Shown: positions 20,374-30,599 of the stretch, one piece after another
Numbering within the stretch: the first letter of the stretch is position 1
Layout of the letters: each line of letters opens with the position of its first letter
Assembly (NCBI GenBank): GCA_027492035.1
Contig: JAOZFT010000004.1
Location: 113,929 to 177,928 of the forward strand
Direction: 5' to 3'
DNA: 64,000 bases
From: Thermoproteota archaeon
Lineage (GTDB): Archaea > Korarchaeota > JAOZGF01 > JAOZFZ01
Notes under the pieces: model-generated
Database searches by the model: none
What the model saw: the letters and a program-made list of their open reading frames with translations, nothing else
What the model was told of the DNA's origin: nothing
Translations under genes and position numbers: made by a program

Positions 20374-20952
20374 TTGTTTAGAAAAGTTTTTATTACAGGT
20401 ACTCCGCGAACAGGAAAAACCACTTTAGTTTCCGAAATTATAAAGTGGGCAAATGAAAAAGGGGTAACCGTCGGAGGAATAATAACACCAGAAATAAAAA
20501 AAGGAAATACTCGAATCGGTTTTAAAGTTATTGATGTACTAACTAAAAAAGAAGGAATATTCGCCTATACCAGAATAAAGAAAGGGCTGAAGTTCGGCAA
20601 ATATAAAGTTGACATTGAGACCTTTGAGGAAATAAGTCTACCAGCAATTCAAGAATCACTTAAAAAAGCTGAAATTATTGTTATAGATGAGATAGGCAAA
20701 ATGGAGCTGTTAAGCGAAAAATTCCACAATATGTTAAGTAAGTTATTGACTGAACGAATGAACATAGCAGGAGAGAGAATATTAATAGCTACTGTTCATA
20801 GAACCCTTAAAAATGAATTTAGTGGGTTAGGAGACATGATCTGGTTAACTAAAGAAAACAGAAAAACAGTGTACCTTAAAATCTTAGATATTTTAAAGAA
20901 AATAACCAAGAAAAAAGGTGGAGACCCTTTACAAAGCTTAAACAGTAAGTGA
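20374..20952 (+). CDS. Nucleoside-triphosphatase, THEP1/MJ1559 family
   Basis: Walker A ITGTPRTGKTT at the N-terminus, Walker B IVIDEIGKME, about 190 aa. Confidence 0.7.
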   Translation: MFRKVFITGTPRTGKTTLVSEIIKWANEKGVTVGGIITPEIKKGNTRIGFKVIDVLTKKEGIFAYTRIKKGLKFGKYKVDIETFEEISLPAIQESLKKAEIIVIDEIGKMELLSEKFHNMLSKLLTERMNIAGERILIATVHRTLKNEFSGLGDMIWLTKENRKTVYLKILDILKKITKKKGGDPLQSLNSK

Positions 20953-20958
20953 GGGGGA

Positions 20959-21561
20959 ATGAACGGGAAACAATTGAAATTAGAATTTTTCGAAAGGATA
21001 TCCTCGGAATTAACTGGAATGGAAAAAGAACGTGAAAAAATTTTGCAGAAAATAAGACAGTGGCTAATTGAAACACGGAAAGTTTTCAATTTAATAAATG
21101 AAGAAAAAACTGAAGAAGCTAATTTAATTTTGCACAAAATATATGAGGAAGTTCGAAAATTTAAAGAAGAAGTTAAGAATTTTTCAGAATATAAAATTTA
21201 TTTTCATCCATTGTACAGGGAACTTGCCGAAGCCTTCTGTTTTTTGGGGATAATTAAGTCTGGAGAAGTTATCAATCCTTATTTACTTGATTTTCCCATA
21301 ATTTCTTTCTTACATGGTTTAACTGAGTCTATAGGTGAATTAAAAAGATTTACATTAAATCAAGTCATAAAAGGGGAAATTAACAAGGCTAAAAAAACCT
21401 TTAATTACATGGAGTCTATTTTTAATGCAATTTCTTTATTAACTGAGTTTCCAGATTCGTTAACCCTGAACCTAAGAAGGAAAATAGATGTAGCCAGGAG
21501 AAACGTTGAAGAAACTAGAAACATTATTGCGTATACAACTCTGCACCAAATGAGGGAATAA
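20959..21561 (+). CDS. Helical protein, possibly translin family
   Basis: 200-aa all-helical ORF; region SEYKIYFHPLYRELAEAFCFLGII resembles the translin core. Weak. Confidence 0.35.
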   Translation: MNGKQLKLEFFERISSELTGMEKEREKILQKIRQWLIETRKVFNLINEEKTEEANLILHKIYEEVRKFKEEVKNFSEYKIYFHPLYRELAEAFCFLGIIKSGEVINPYLLDFPIISFLHGLTESIGELKRFTLNQVIKGEINKAKKTFNYMESIFNAISLLTEFPDSLTLNLRRKIDVARRNVEETRNIIAYTTLHQMRE

Positions 21562-21562
21562 A

Positions 21563-22270
21563 ATGAGAAATGAACAGTTGAATTCTCTTTCAAAAATTCT
21601 CCTCTTCTACCTTTCAAAAATAAAAGGGGAATCATTTACATCCTTAAAACTTGAACCCTTCTTTGCCTTAACGAAAAAAAAGAAGGAAGAAATTAGAACC
21701 ACCCTTAACTTACTAAAAATATTGGGGTATATAGTTGAGAATTCAGAAGAAGGCCCGCAGCTTAGGGTGTCATTAACAGAAAAAGGCTTCAGGTTAGCTT
21801 CAACATTAGATAAAAGGGATATCCTACACTTTATTCAACCCTACATTAAAGAGAGAATAGAAATAAAAGGTAAAGTTTTCACAGGGAAAGGGGAAGGAAG
21901 ATACTACATGAGATTGCCACAATATGTTCAGCAATTCAGAGAAAAATTAGGATTCACTCCTTACCCAGGCACGCTAAACATAAAGATTTCATCGATTAAT
22001 TTCTTACATTCAGTGATCCTAGATATTTTACCAGGTATTGTGATTGAAGGATTTGAAGTAGATGGAAAAGTTTATGGCTCCGTTAAATGCTTCCCAGCAG
22101 AAATGGATAAAGAGGTGCTTGGTGCAGTGATAAAGATTGAGAGAACAGATTATTCCTCAGAAGTAATAGAGATAATATCTCCTCACTATTTAAGGAAGAA
22201 ATTAAACCTTGTTGACGGTTCAGTTTTGGAAGTAAGGGTTAAAACCAAACCGAGAAGCCGTAATATTTAA
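21563..22270 (+). CDS. ribK: CTP-dependent riboflavin kinase with N-terminal winged-helix domain (RbkR-like)
   Basis: C-terminal domain matches archaeal riboflavin kinase (GKGEGRYYMRLPQY, YPGTLNIKI, SSEVIEIISPHYLRKKLNLVDG); about 100 extra N-terminal residues look like a DNA-binding domain. Confidence 0.75.
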   Translation: MRNEQLNSLSKILLFYLSKIKGESFTSLKLEPFFALTKKKKEEIRTTLNLLKILGYIVENSEEGPQLRVSLTEKGFRLASTLDKRDILHFIQPYIKERIEIKGKVFTGKGEGRYYMRLPQYVQQFREKLGFTPYPGTLNIKISSINFLHSVILDILPGIVIEGFEVDGKVYGSVKCFPAEMDKEVLGAVIKIERTDYSSEVIEIISPHYLRKKLNLVDGSVLEVRVKTKPRSRNI

Positions 22271-22284
22271 ATTTACATACAATT

Positions 22285-22743
22285 TTAAGGTTTGCAAAAA
22301 ATCTGTTTAATTCTCTCCACTATTTTCTTTGTTCTACAAAGAGGAAAATCTTCAAAAGATCTGTTTAATCTTTTAACTTCTACCTTTAAACCCCTTGCCT
22401 CTAAAGCTGCCTTCAACTCATTTTGGTTGTAGGGTTGATCAGGACCAAGTATTAATATGTCAGGCTTAATTTCTTCTATTATTTTCAGTTTATCCTCACC
22501 CTTTTTACCTAATAAAACTTTTTCCACCCCCTTAATTTGTTTGATCATAAACCTCCTTTGGTCCTCAGGGATAATTGGATCCCTCCCCCTAAGGGTTCTT
22601 ACAGTTTCATCCCTTGAAACAACAACCCAAACATCACCGAATCTTTTAGCATAACTTATCAAGGCTACATGGCCTGGGTGGAGGATCTCAAATGTTCCGG
22701 CCACCACCACCTTTCTCCTCTCCTTATTACTCATATAAAACAC
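22285..22743 (-). CDS. ribL: FAD synthase (FMN adenylyltransferase), archaeal RibL type
   Basis: Cytidylyltransferase motif VVAGTFEILHPGH plus VVVSRDETV, RGRDPIIPEDQR, ILGPDQ. Confidence 0.85.
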   Translation of the reverse strand: MFYMSNKERRKVVVAGTFEILHPGHVALISYAKRFGDVWVVVSRDETVRTLRGRDPIIPEDQRRFMIKQIKGVEKVLLGKKGEDKLKIIEEIKPDILILGPDQPYNQNELKAALEARGLKVEVKRLNRSFEDFPLCRTKKIVERIKQIFCKP

Positions 22744-22800
22744 CTTTAAAAAGGGGAAAATGAATTTTATAGCTTTAAATAAATTTAGAGGGGGAGAGGA

Positions 22801-23574
22801 ATGCTGATTTTAATTGGGTTAGGATTACACAACGAAGAGGGAATGACATTGAGAGGAATCCACCTAGCTAGGGAAGCTGATGAAGTGTACCTCGAACAAT
22901 ATACTAACAAGATGTTTATAAATAAAAGTAATTTAGACTCACTACTCCATAAGGAAGTGAAAATTGTAGAAAGAAGAAACCTGGAAGAGGAGTCTGAATG
23001 GATAATAGAAAAAAGTAGGAACAAAAAAATTGCTTTACTTATTCCAGGCAATGTTTTTATTGCCACAACCCACATAGCTTTGCAAACAGAAGCTTTACAA
23101 AAAGGGATAGAAGTGAAAGTTGAACCTGGTACATCTATTTATTGTGCAGCAATAGCTTTAACTGGTTTACAGATATATAAATTCGGCCCTGCAGCCACTA
23201 TTCCACTAGAAGGAAAATCTGAAAGAATTTACACTGTGTTAGAACAAAACAAAGAAAGGGGGCTCCACACTTTCTTCTTCCTTGACATAAAATATGAAAA
23301 AAACAGGTTCTTGACAATACCTGAAGCCCTTAAAAAGCTTTTAGACTTAGAAATGGAAAAAAGAAGGAAAGTTGTGTTAAAGAATGATTTAGTCATAGGT
23401 CTTGCCCACGTAGGAGGGGAGGATTCATTAATAGAAGTGGGAAGTATTGAAGAAGTTATGAAGAAAAATTTCGGGCCCCCTCCCCAGTGTCTAATTTACC
23501 CAGGAAAACTTCACTTTATGGAGAAAGAGTTTTTAGAACTTATCAGAGAGAGGAAAGTGAAAAAAGTCCAATAA
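22801..23574 (+). CDS. dph5: Diphthine synthase
   Basis: N-terminal MLILIGLGL...GIHLAREADEVYLEQYT of the tetrapyrrole-methylase-fold Dph5; 257 aa; EF-2 (its substrate) is in this window. Confidence 0.85.
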   Translation: MLILIGLGLHNEEGMTLRGIHLAREADEVYLEQYTNKMFINKSNLDSLLHKEVKIVERRNLEEESEWIIEKSRNKKIALLIPGNVFIATTHIALQTEALQKGIEVKVEPGTSIYCAAIALTGLQIYKFGPAATIPLEGKSERIYTVLEQNKERGLHTFFFLDIKYEKNRFLTIPEALKKLLDLEMEKRRKVVLKNDLVIGLAHVGGEDSLIEVGSIEEVMKKNFGPPPQCLIYPGKLHFMEKEFLELIRERKVKKVQ

Positions 23575-24177
23575 AATAGATGGCTCGATAGTATACAATT
23601 AAATAATTAAGTGAATCCCATTGCTACTTGCTTGCAAGCCCTTTAGGTTAGAATAAAAATACTTCTTGGATTTAAGCAGAATTATTGTGGAGGAGTTTGA
23701 CAAAACATTTCTATTTAAGTAATCCTATTAATGTTATGTGTTTGCATTTACTCAAGCTTAAATAAGGTTTTAAGTGTCCCTTTAACCTTTAACTATGTAA
23801 AGTAAAGGTTTCTGGAAACGACTCTAGTGAGCATTGTGGAATCATCTTTGATGAGAGAAGTAAGTTTAGGGACAAAAGTAAACAACAGCACTCTATCCTC
23901 CAGTTAGGGATGTGGAGGATGACACCCGCGATGATGCCCCGGCTACAGTTATGAAAAATTATAAAAGTAGCGGAGAGAGAACCAGAACGGCTTCGTTTCT
24001 TAACCTACATAGTTGATAAAGCAGTACTTGGAGAAATGGTTAGACTGGGCCAGGTACTCCTACCATGATCCCTTTTTCTATGCAACCTTTTTCACGACTT
24101 CACTAACATATGGTTTAGATATAACCCTTAGTTAGTTCCGGGATTGAACTAAAGAGTTTTGGCTCTCTTTAACAGAA

Positions 24178-24662
24178 ATGGTCCTTAAAGGTCTGAGTTT
24201 AAAGATACAGGAAAAAGAATTTTATGCCCTTATGGGACCCAACGGTGCTGGAAAAACAACTTTAGTCGCTATCATAGCCTCTGTGATTTTACCTACCGAG
24301 GGTAAGGTAGAAATTTATGGGAAGGAACCTCAGTTTATAAGGAAATTTATTGGTTATGTACCTCAAGAAAATTTTTCTTCCCCAACGCTTAGTGGTAGAG
24401 AGAATTTGATGTACTTTGCTAGACTTGTGGGTATTCAAAGGATAAGGCTAAGGAACTTGTGAACGAAATACTGGAAAAAAAATTGGTTTGTCTAAGGATG
24501 CTGATAAGAGAGTTTCTACATATTCGGAGGTATGAGAAAAAGGTTGGAAGTTGCAACAGCCTTCTTTCCTAATATCAAATTTTGATTTTAAGTGAACCAA
24601 CTACAGGCCTGGACCCCTCGGCAAGAAGAGAATTTTTGGGCTTAATTCAAGATATTCCCTAA
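24178..24662 (+). pseudogene. ABC transporter ATP-binding protein, truncated and frameshifted remnant
   Basis: Walker A GPNGAGKTT in frame 1, signature-like GGMRKRLEVA in a second frame, Walker B-like ILILSEPTTGLDP in a third frame, then an early stop; N-terminal 25 or so residues missing. Confidence 0.75.
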
Positions 24663-25144
24663 ATAAATTTGTAGTCTGCTCAGGGATGAATGCAAAATAT
24701 TGATTCCTAGTTTTACTTAAACTCCTTCTAACAACGAGTATCGTCGGTACCTTCTCAAACTCGATGCTGTCAGCCTTTATCTCAGCTTTAAGAAAATCTC
24801 TAAGCTTCAACACATCAGTTCCATCATAGCTTCCTAAGCTCTGAAGCCTTAAACCGAAAAAGCCATCAACGCTATAGTAATCCTAGCTCTGGGTATAGCC
24901 ATCCTAATAATCTTATCCAACTCAGCTTTACCTGGAACCCTTTCGTCAGCTATAGTTTGGTGTCTCGTATTACTTTAGCAATATTAACCTTAAGCTTGAC
25001 ATCCAATCCGTTAAAAGAAAGCCAGGAACATAGGGCTTTCTTAAACCTAGCTACATATGAACCAGCCTTACCTTCCGATTCAAGCTCTCTAACGAAATCC
25101 ATAAACCTATCTCTAAAGAACTTAGTCCCAGCTACCTTAAGCAA
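24663..25144 (-). pseudogene. Tyrosine recombinase/integrase, frameshifted and C-terminally truncated remnant
   Basis: N-terminal SAM-like region (MLKVAGTKFFRDRFMDFVRELESEGKAGSYVARFKKALCSWL) and box I region (ITIALMAFS / GLRLQSLGSYDGTDV) appear in three successive frames; catalytic HxxR/Y region absent. Lower boundary approximate because the far end overlaps the ABC fragment antisense. Confidence 0.55.
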
Positions 25145-25356
25145 AGCCTCAGGATCAGTTTTATTCGATTCACAGTAAAGCCCTAGGTCCTAAGGCAAAC
25201 TGTAGCTGTAATGATGGATTTAGCTGCTAGGTTACCAAACCCACGCTTAACATCCTCATCCTCAAGGAGGTAAGAATACTTATTCGGCAACTCTTGTTGA
25301 GTTGAGTTAAAGGTTGAAACCGTGTTTAAAATTTAAGGGTTCACTTGAAAAGTTAG

Positions 25357-25481
25357 TGGGCCCGGCGGGATTTGAACCCGCGACCCTCGGGTTGCTCCTC
25401 CAAAGGGGAGTACTTCTTTGGGATTAAGAGCCCGGTGCTTTAGGCAAATGAGAGGTTTCTACCTTGCTGAGCTACGGGCCC
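25357..25481 (-). tRNA. tRNA-Lys(CUU) with two predicted introns (about 19 nt in the D-stem, about 32 nt in the anticodon loop)
   Basis: 7-bp acceptor GGGCCCG/CGGGCCC, T-arm GCGGG-UUCAAAU-CCCGC. Removing AACCUCUCAUUUGCCUAAA restores D-arm GCUC-AGCAAGGUA-GAGC; anticodon stem CCGGG with loop CUCUUAA after removing a hairpin-forming intron. Isotype from hand folding. Confidence 0.6.
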
Positions 25482-25534
25482 AGAGATTAAATGTTAAAGG
25501 GGTGATTATTAAACCTTTTTAAGGGATTTTTTAT

Positions 25535-25975
25535 TTAAATGTTGCATTCTTTTTGAGTGGAAACTTCAACTGTAACTATAACTTTTCCTCCTTTCTTGAT
25601 TTCGTTAATTAGTGCCCTGTTGAAGTCTATAGCTGCTTTATCAGCTAGAATTGCCAGTGTTCTTGAACAAATGAATTTGCTTTTCCTTACAACCATATCT
25701 TCGTGATGGTTTAGAGGGAGATCGGGGTGTCCATGAGCTTTAATTATTTCTGTTTTGTTTCCAGCTTTCACTTTTATCTCTATTAACGCATTCTCCTTTC
25801 TAATTAAGTCCTTAACTTTTTCATTGAAATGTTTTAAGGCTTTGTTACAGTTAACAGCTATTATGCAGTTCCCTTTTTCTGTTAGGTAAGGTGCGCAAGT
25901 TAGTTCAAATGTTGTTTTATGAGTAGCTGTGACTAGGGGGTGTCCCTTACAAATTATTGTAACTTTTTCTTTCAT
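25535..25975 (-). CDS. DUF371-like protein
   Basis: MKEKVTIICKGHPLVTATHKTTFELT... resembles the archaeal DUF371 family; start taken at the internal Met rather than the upstream extension in the ORF track. Confidence 0.4.
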   Translation of the reverse strand: MKEKVTIICKGHPLVTATHKTTFELTCAPYLTEKGNCIIAVNCNKALKHFNEKVKDLIRKENALIEIKVKAGNKTEIIKAHGHPDLPLNHHEDMVVRKSKFICSRTLAILADKAAIDFNRALINEIKKGGKVIVTVEVSTQKECNI

Positions 25976-26202
25976 CTCTTTACTCCATTCCCTTCTTTTT
26001 GAAGAAAGTTTTGTATGCCGATTTTGAAAGGAAGCAATTGTTTCATGAGTCGACAGCTTATTCCTAAAAAATTTTGTATTTCCTATTTTTATCTCTTTCT
26101 TTCCCCTTTTCTGTTTTGGATTTCCTAAACAATTTTTTAACAAAGGGTCACCTATCTAAAATATAGATGAAGGAGATTGTAAGGAAGAGTTAGGGGAAGG
26201 AT

Positions 26203-26880
26203 GTGGCTGATTTAGTAGTTGAGAAAGAGAAACTTATCAAGTATTACGTTAGGACAGGAATCTTAAAATCAAGTAAAGTAATTGAAGCTTTCAGGAAAAT
26301 ACCTAGGGAAGAATTTGTTCTTCCAGAGTATTTTGATGCAGCTTACCAGGATACCCCCTTACCTATAGGATTCGGGCAAACAATCAGTGCGCCCCATATG
26401 GTTTGCATGTACGCTGAAATACTGTCATTAAAGCCGGGATTGAAGGTTTTGGAGGTGGGGGCTGGATCTGGATATAACGCAGCCATTTTTGCAGAGCTAG
26501 TGGCAAGTTTAGATGTTCCTAAGTCGGAATGGGGGCATGTGTATACATTAGAAATAATTCCGGAACTTTGTGAATTTGCAAGAAGTAACTTAGCTAAAAC
26601 AGGTTTCATTGACAGGGTGACTGTGATCTGCCAAGATGGAAGTTTAGGTTTGGCGGAGTACGCACCCTTTGATCGAATATCAGTGGCTGCAGCAGCCCCT
26701 GACATTCCTACACCTTTAATTGACCAGTTAAGGGAGGGAGGGTTAATATTGATACCTGTCGGGTCATCCTTCTATCAAAAACTTGTTTTGGGGCATAAGG
26801 TTGGGGGGAAATTAATTAGAGAAGAAGTAGCGTCTGTTGCTTTTGTAGCTTTAAGGGGAAGGTATGGTTGGAAAGAGTGA
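26203..26880 (+). CDS. pcm: Protein-L-isoaspartate O-methyltransferase
   Basis: QTISAPHMV and SAM-binding VLEVGAGSGYNAA motifs; 225 aa. Confidence 0.9.
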   Translation: MADLVVEKEKLIKYYVRTGILKSSKVIEAFRKIPREEFVLPEYFDAAYQDTPLPIGFGQTISAPHMVCMYAEILSLKPGLKVLEVGAGSGYNAAIFAELVASLDVPKSEWGHVYTLEIIPELCEFARSNLAKTGFIDRVTVICQDGSLGLAEYAPFDRISVAAAAPDIPTPLIDQLREGGLILIPVGSSFYQKLVLGHKVGGKLIREEVASVAFVALRGRYGWKE

Positions 26881-27105
26881 ATTCACTTCCAGCTTTTTAT
26901 AGAGGTTCCCTGCCCCAGTCAGAATTGACCTTCTTCCGTTGGGAGTGAAGGTTTCAGTGAGTGAAACCTTTTCCCTGAAACTCATGTAGAGGAGGTTACA
27001 AAAACATGATTTTTCAGCAGGTATAACTTAAGCCTGTCCTTCAGCCCTACACAAGTTCATAGGCAAGCGGAGAAAATGTATAAAAGGAGCTTCTTCATGA
27101 CAGAG

Positions 27106-28134
27106 CTAAAACCATTTCTCTAAACCGGTAACTGCGAAGTACTTATTGTAAGATTCAACTAGCCTGTTTAAGGCTTTCTGGACACGTGAAAGTGAAAAGT
27201 CGTGTTTTCTACAGAGGAACTCAATTATTTCTTCAGTTTGAGGCTTCTCCCAACTTATTTTGTAGTTGTCTGTGACTAATGGTTTTTGGAAAACTTCCAT
27301 TATTTCCTGTAAGTTCTCAGGAGGCTTCTCCCCCTTCTCCTCATAAATTTTGTTTAAGTCCCCACCGTATTTTTTAAGTAATTTAACTGCTGTCTTTGCA
27401 CCACAACCTTTAAGCCCCTTATTAAAGTCTGTCCCGACCAATATCCCACATAGGATTAGTTCATTTAATGTTAAACTGTTTTTATCAATTAATTCATCTA
27501 GAAAAATTATTTCAGGCTGAATTTGAATATATTGTTTTTTCCCCGGCAGTTTACGTCTGCCACTTATCGTTAAATTTCTTACAAGTCGGGGTGCACCGAA
27601 GAGTAAGGCGTCATAATCCTGTGAAGCTACAGCCCAGCAATCGCCTTTCTTTGCCATGTATGCTGCTTGTGCTTCGCCTTCTTGTGGTGATTTTATATAA
27701 GGGATGCCCATGTACCCCAAAAGGGTACATGCACCTTCTACTAACTCGTCTGTGAGTCTTGATGATGCTTGAGCATATTTACGGGCCAGTTCTAGGTCGC
27801 CTATTTCTAACGCCCTTTTCCACAATGTTTCAGCTGATTCTCGACTTTCTTTCCTTCTTTCAAGCTCTTTCTTCTTAAGTTTAGGTGGAACGCCGTCGAA
27901 GACATAGATTGGTTTTATTCCGTTCTCATACAGGTTGATTGTCCTATAGAATAAACCAGAAAGGTGGCTAGTTACTTTTCCTGTGTGATCCTTTAAGGGG
28001 GTTCCGTCAGGTTGCCTTATAATGGCTAGAAATTGGTAAAGAGTATTTGCTGAATCTATACATATTTTTTTGCCGTTTAAATCCCCAAAAGATATAGGTT
28101 TAGGATGTGTTATTCCCCTTAATTTAACCCCCAT
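27106..28134 (-). CDS. fen: Flap endonuclease 1
   Basis: N-terminal MGVKLRG...ICIDSANTLYQFL and IYVFDG motifs of FEN-1/XPG; start at the MGV Met. Confidence 0.9.
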   Translation of the reverse strand: MGVKLRGITHPKPISFGDLNGKKICIDSANTLYQFLAIIRQPDGTPLKDHTGKVTSHLSGLFYRTINLYENGIKPIYVFDGVPPKLKKKELERRKESRESAETLWKRALEIGDLELARKYAQASSRLTDELVEGACTLLGYMGIPYIKSPQEGEAQAAYMAKKGDCWAVASQDYDALLFGAPRLVRNLTISGRRKLPGKKQYIQIQPEIIFLDELIDKNSLTLNELILCGILVGTDFNKGLKGCGAKTAVKLLKKYGGDLNKIYEEKGEKPPENLQEIMEVFQKPLVTDNYKISWEKPQTEEIIEFLCRKHDFSLSRVQKALNRLVESYNKYFAVTGLEKWF

Positions 28135-28171
28135 TTCTTTAGTTTTCACCCTCCTAATAAAAATAAGCTTA

Positions 28172-28393
28172 CTAAATCAGTTCAACTTTACGTTGTTTTT
28201 TATTTATCTGAACAAAAGTTATTTTTCGTTTCGTTTCTAGTTCTAAAAGAGTTTTTAAGACAGTGTGCTCCGAAACGTCAGGGTAATATTGCCTTACATA
28301 GTTTAGAAGTTTATCTAAAAGAACTACCCTGTTTTTTTCTAAAAACTCAAGTATAACATTTCTTAGAGGAATCGGTCTCCAAATCATTTCCAA
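28172..28393 (-). CDS. Small protein, unknown function (73 aa)
   Basis: ORF between cdc48 and fen on the same strand; no recognized motif. Confidence 0.3.
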   Translation of the reverse strand: MEMIWRPIPLRNVILEFLEKNRVVLLDKLLNYVRQYYPDVSEHTVLKTLLELETKRKITFVQINKKQRKVELI

Positions 28394-28397
28394 ATCA

Positions 28398-30599
28398 TCA
28401 CATAGTCTCTAAGGAAAACTTTTTTAATGAAGGCTTCCTAAAGTTTTTTTCAAAACTTTTGTACCAACTCGTCAATTCAGGGGATATGGAAGGAGAAACA
28501 AGAAGTAGTGCCTCCTCAAAATCTTGCATCCTAACCTTTACAGGTTGCATTTTGTTTTTCCTTAAAGCTATAAAGCCTGCCTCACGGCAAATAGATTTTA
28601 TATCGGCACCTGAGTAACCTTGTGTTTTTTCAGCAAGTTTTTCTAAGTCAACATCATTTTTAAGTTTCATCTTTCTAGTGTAAATTTTGAATATTTCCAC
28701 TCTTGAGTAGAAGTCAGGCTCGCCTACATATATTAATTTCTCCAGTCTACCTGGCCTAAATAAAGCAGGATCCACTAAATCTGGCCTGTTAGTGGCTGCT
28801 ATGACTGTTACGTTTTTTAGTTCCTTAACTCCATCTATCTCAGTTAAAAGTTGACTTACTGCTCTTTCCATAGCATTATTTAATGAACCACTTCTCTTAG
28901 GGGCTATAGCATCTACCTCATCGAAGAAAACAATTGAAGGGGCAGCTAACTTTGCTTTACGGAAAATTTCACGTACTGCCCTTTCAGTTTCACCCATCCA
29001 CATGCTTATTATTTCTGGGCCGTTTATAGCTATGAAATTTGCCTCTGTTTCATTAGCTACAGCCTTAGCAAGTAAAGTTTTACCGCAACCAGGAGGACCA
29101 TAAAGTAAAACACCACTAGGAGGCTCAATACCCATTTCTTCAATGACTTCTCGGTGTTTTAATGGCCATTCTACAGCTTCTCTTAAGCTTGACTTAGCTT
29201 CATGTAATCCGCCGATGTCGCCCCATTTCACATCCGCTTTTTCGAGGATTATTTCCCTTAATGCACTTGGTTGAACTCTTTTTAAAGCTTTTTGGAAGTC
29301 GCAAGCCTTTATTTTTATCTCATCAAAGATTTCAGGTGAGAATTTCCCTTTTTCCGAATCTATTGTTGGTATATATCGTCTTAAGGCTATTATCGCAGCT
29401 TCTTTCGCAAGAGCAGATAAGTCAGCCCCTACAAATCCATGGGTTACTTCAGCTATTTCTTCAAGGTTCACATCTTCGGCTAAGGGCATGTTTCGAGTAT
29501 GTATTTTCAATATTTCCAGTCTTTCCTTTTTATCGGGAACTTTTATCTCTATTTCCCTATCTAATCTCCCAGGTCTTCTTAAGGCAGGTTCCAGTGCATT
29601 GGGTCGGTTAGTAGCTGCTATAACTATTACCTTCCCTCTTGTTGAAAGCCCGTCCATTAACGCTAAAAGTTGGGCCACTACCCTTCTCTCAACTTCACCT
29701 GTAACCTCTTCCCTTTTAGGGGCTATAGCATCTATTTCATCAATGAAAATGATTGAAGGAGACTTATTTTTTGCTTCATTAAATATTTTTCTAAGCCTGC
29801 GTTCTGATTCACCATAGAATTTGTTCATTATTTCTGGGCCGTTTATAGCTATGAAATTTGCCTCTGTTTCATTAGCTACAGCCTTAGCAAGTAAAGTTTT
29901 ACCGCAACCAGGAGGACCATAAAGTAAAACACCACTAGGAGGCTCAATACCAAGTTTTTGGAAAAGCTCCGGGTATTTTAAGGGAAGTTCAACCATTTCC
30001 CGGATTCTTTGGATTTCTTCTTTTAAACCACCAATGTCTTCGTAGGTCACATAGGGAATATTGCCGGTGGTTGAAACTGATTTTTCCCGAAGCACGATTG
30101 CAGTATTTGCTTCAACTACTACAATGCCTTTCGGCTTAGTATTTACTACCTTTAGGTTTAGGCTGTGATGATAAAAGTTTACAGGTTTTAGGTCTCCTAC
30201 AACTAAGGGAACTCCTATTAACTTCTTTTTAATATATTTAGTTATGTTTCCTGGTAATTTAGATTGGACAGGTGCTAAAATTATTTTTTCAGCTTTGCCA
30301 GGGTAAGCTTTCTCGACATATACCCTCTCTCCCAAACTGACATCTGCATTCCTCCTTGTTATGCCATCCATTCTAATTAAGCCTAGGTTTTCATCCTCCG
30401 GGTAGGCTCTCCAAACAATTGCTGCAGTGGTTTTTTTGCCTGTAATTTTCACTATGTCTCCAATGTTTAGGTTAAGTAAACGTCTGGTTGCAGAGTCTAA
30501 CCTAACAGCTTCCTTACCTACGTCTTCTATCTTGGCATTAGCTACTTTCACAACAACTTTCACTGTTTTCAAAGGAATCCCTTTCAAAAAAATTAACAA
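28398..30599 (-). CDS. cdc48: Cdc48/VCP-like AAA+ ATPase (two AAA domains)
   Basis: N-domain plus two Walker A (GPPGCGKT) and Walker B ([16 protein letters not shown]) modules; 733 aa. Confidence 0.95.
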   Translation of the reverse strand: MLIFLKGIPLKTVKVVVKVANAKIEDVGKEAVRLDSATRRLLNLNIGDIVKITGKKTTAAIVWRAYPEDENLGLIRMDGITRRNADVSLGERVYVEKAYPGKAEKIILAPVQSKLPGNITKYIKKKLIGVPLVVGDLKPVNFYHHSLNLKVVNTKPKGIVVVEANTAIVLREKSVSTTGNIPYVTYEDIGGLKEEIQRIREMVELPLKYPELFQKLGIEPPSGVLLYGPPGCGKTLLAKAVANETEANFIAINGPEIMNKFYGESERRLRKIFNEAKNKSPSIIFIDEIDAIAPKREEVTGEVERRVVAQLLALMDGLSTRGKVIVIAATNRPNALEPALRRPGRLDREIEIKVPDKKERLEILKIHTRNMPLAEDVNLEEIAEVTHGFVGADLSALAKEAAIIALRRYIPTIDSEKGKFSPEIFDEIKIKACDFQKALKRVQPSALREIILEKADVKWGDIGGLHEAKSSLREAVEWPLKHREVIEEMGIEPPSGVLLYGPPGCGKTLLAKAVANETEANFIAINGPEIISMWMGETERAVREIFRKAKLAAPSIVFFDEVDAIAPKRSGSLNNAMERAVSQLLTEIDGVKELKNVTVIAATNRPDLVDPALFRPGRLEKLIYVGEPDFYSRVEIFKIYTRKMKLKNDVDLEKLAEKTQGYSGADIKSICREAGFIALRKNKMQPVKVRMQDFEEALLLVSPSISPELTSWYKSFEKNFRKPSLKKFSLETM
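29008..29132. repeat. 125-bp perfect direct repeat, copy 1 (cdc48 D2 Walker A region)
   Basis: Identical at every base to 29827-29951; both encode [38 protein letters not shown]. Confidence 0.9.
29827..29951. repeat. 125-bp perfect direct repeat, copy 2 (cdc48 D1 Walker A region)
   Basis: Identical to 29008-29132; flanking bases differ on both sides. Confidence 0.9.

Noticed and set aside
19610-21635. Short ORFs 19610-19996, 20796-21137, 20876-21076, 21405-21635 on the minus strand
   Set aside because: All antisense to better-supported plus-strand genes; low-complexity translations.
23840-23960. Possible box C/D sRNA (UGAUGA-like and AUGAUG motifs) or attR copy of the tRNA-Lys 3' end
   Set aside because: No properly spaced CUGA D/D' boxes; only an 8-nt match (acccgcga) to the tRNA. 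Too weak to call.
24601-24662. Tail of minus-strand ORF 24601-24813 ending ...LPRGPGL
   Set aside because: This segment is the antisense reading of the ABC Walker B region (ILILSEPTTGLDP), so it is not treated as integrase coding sequence.
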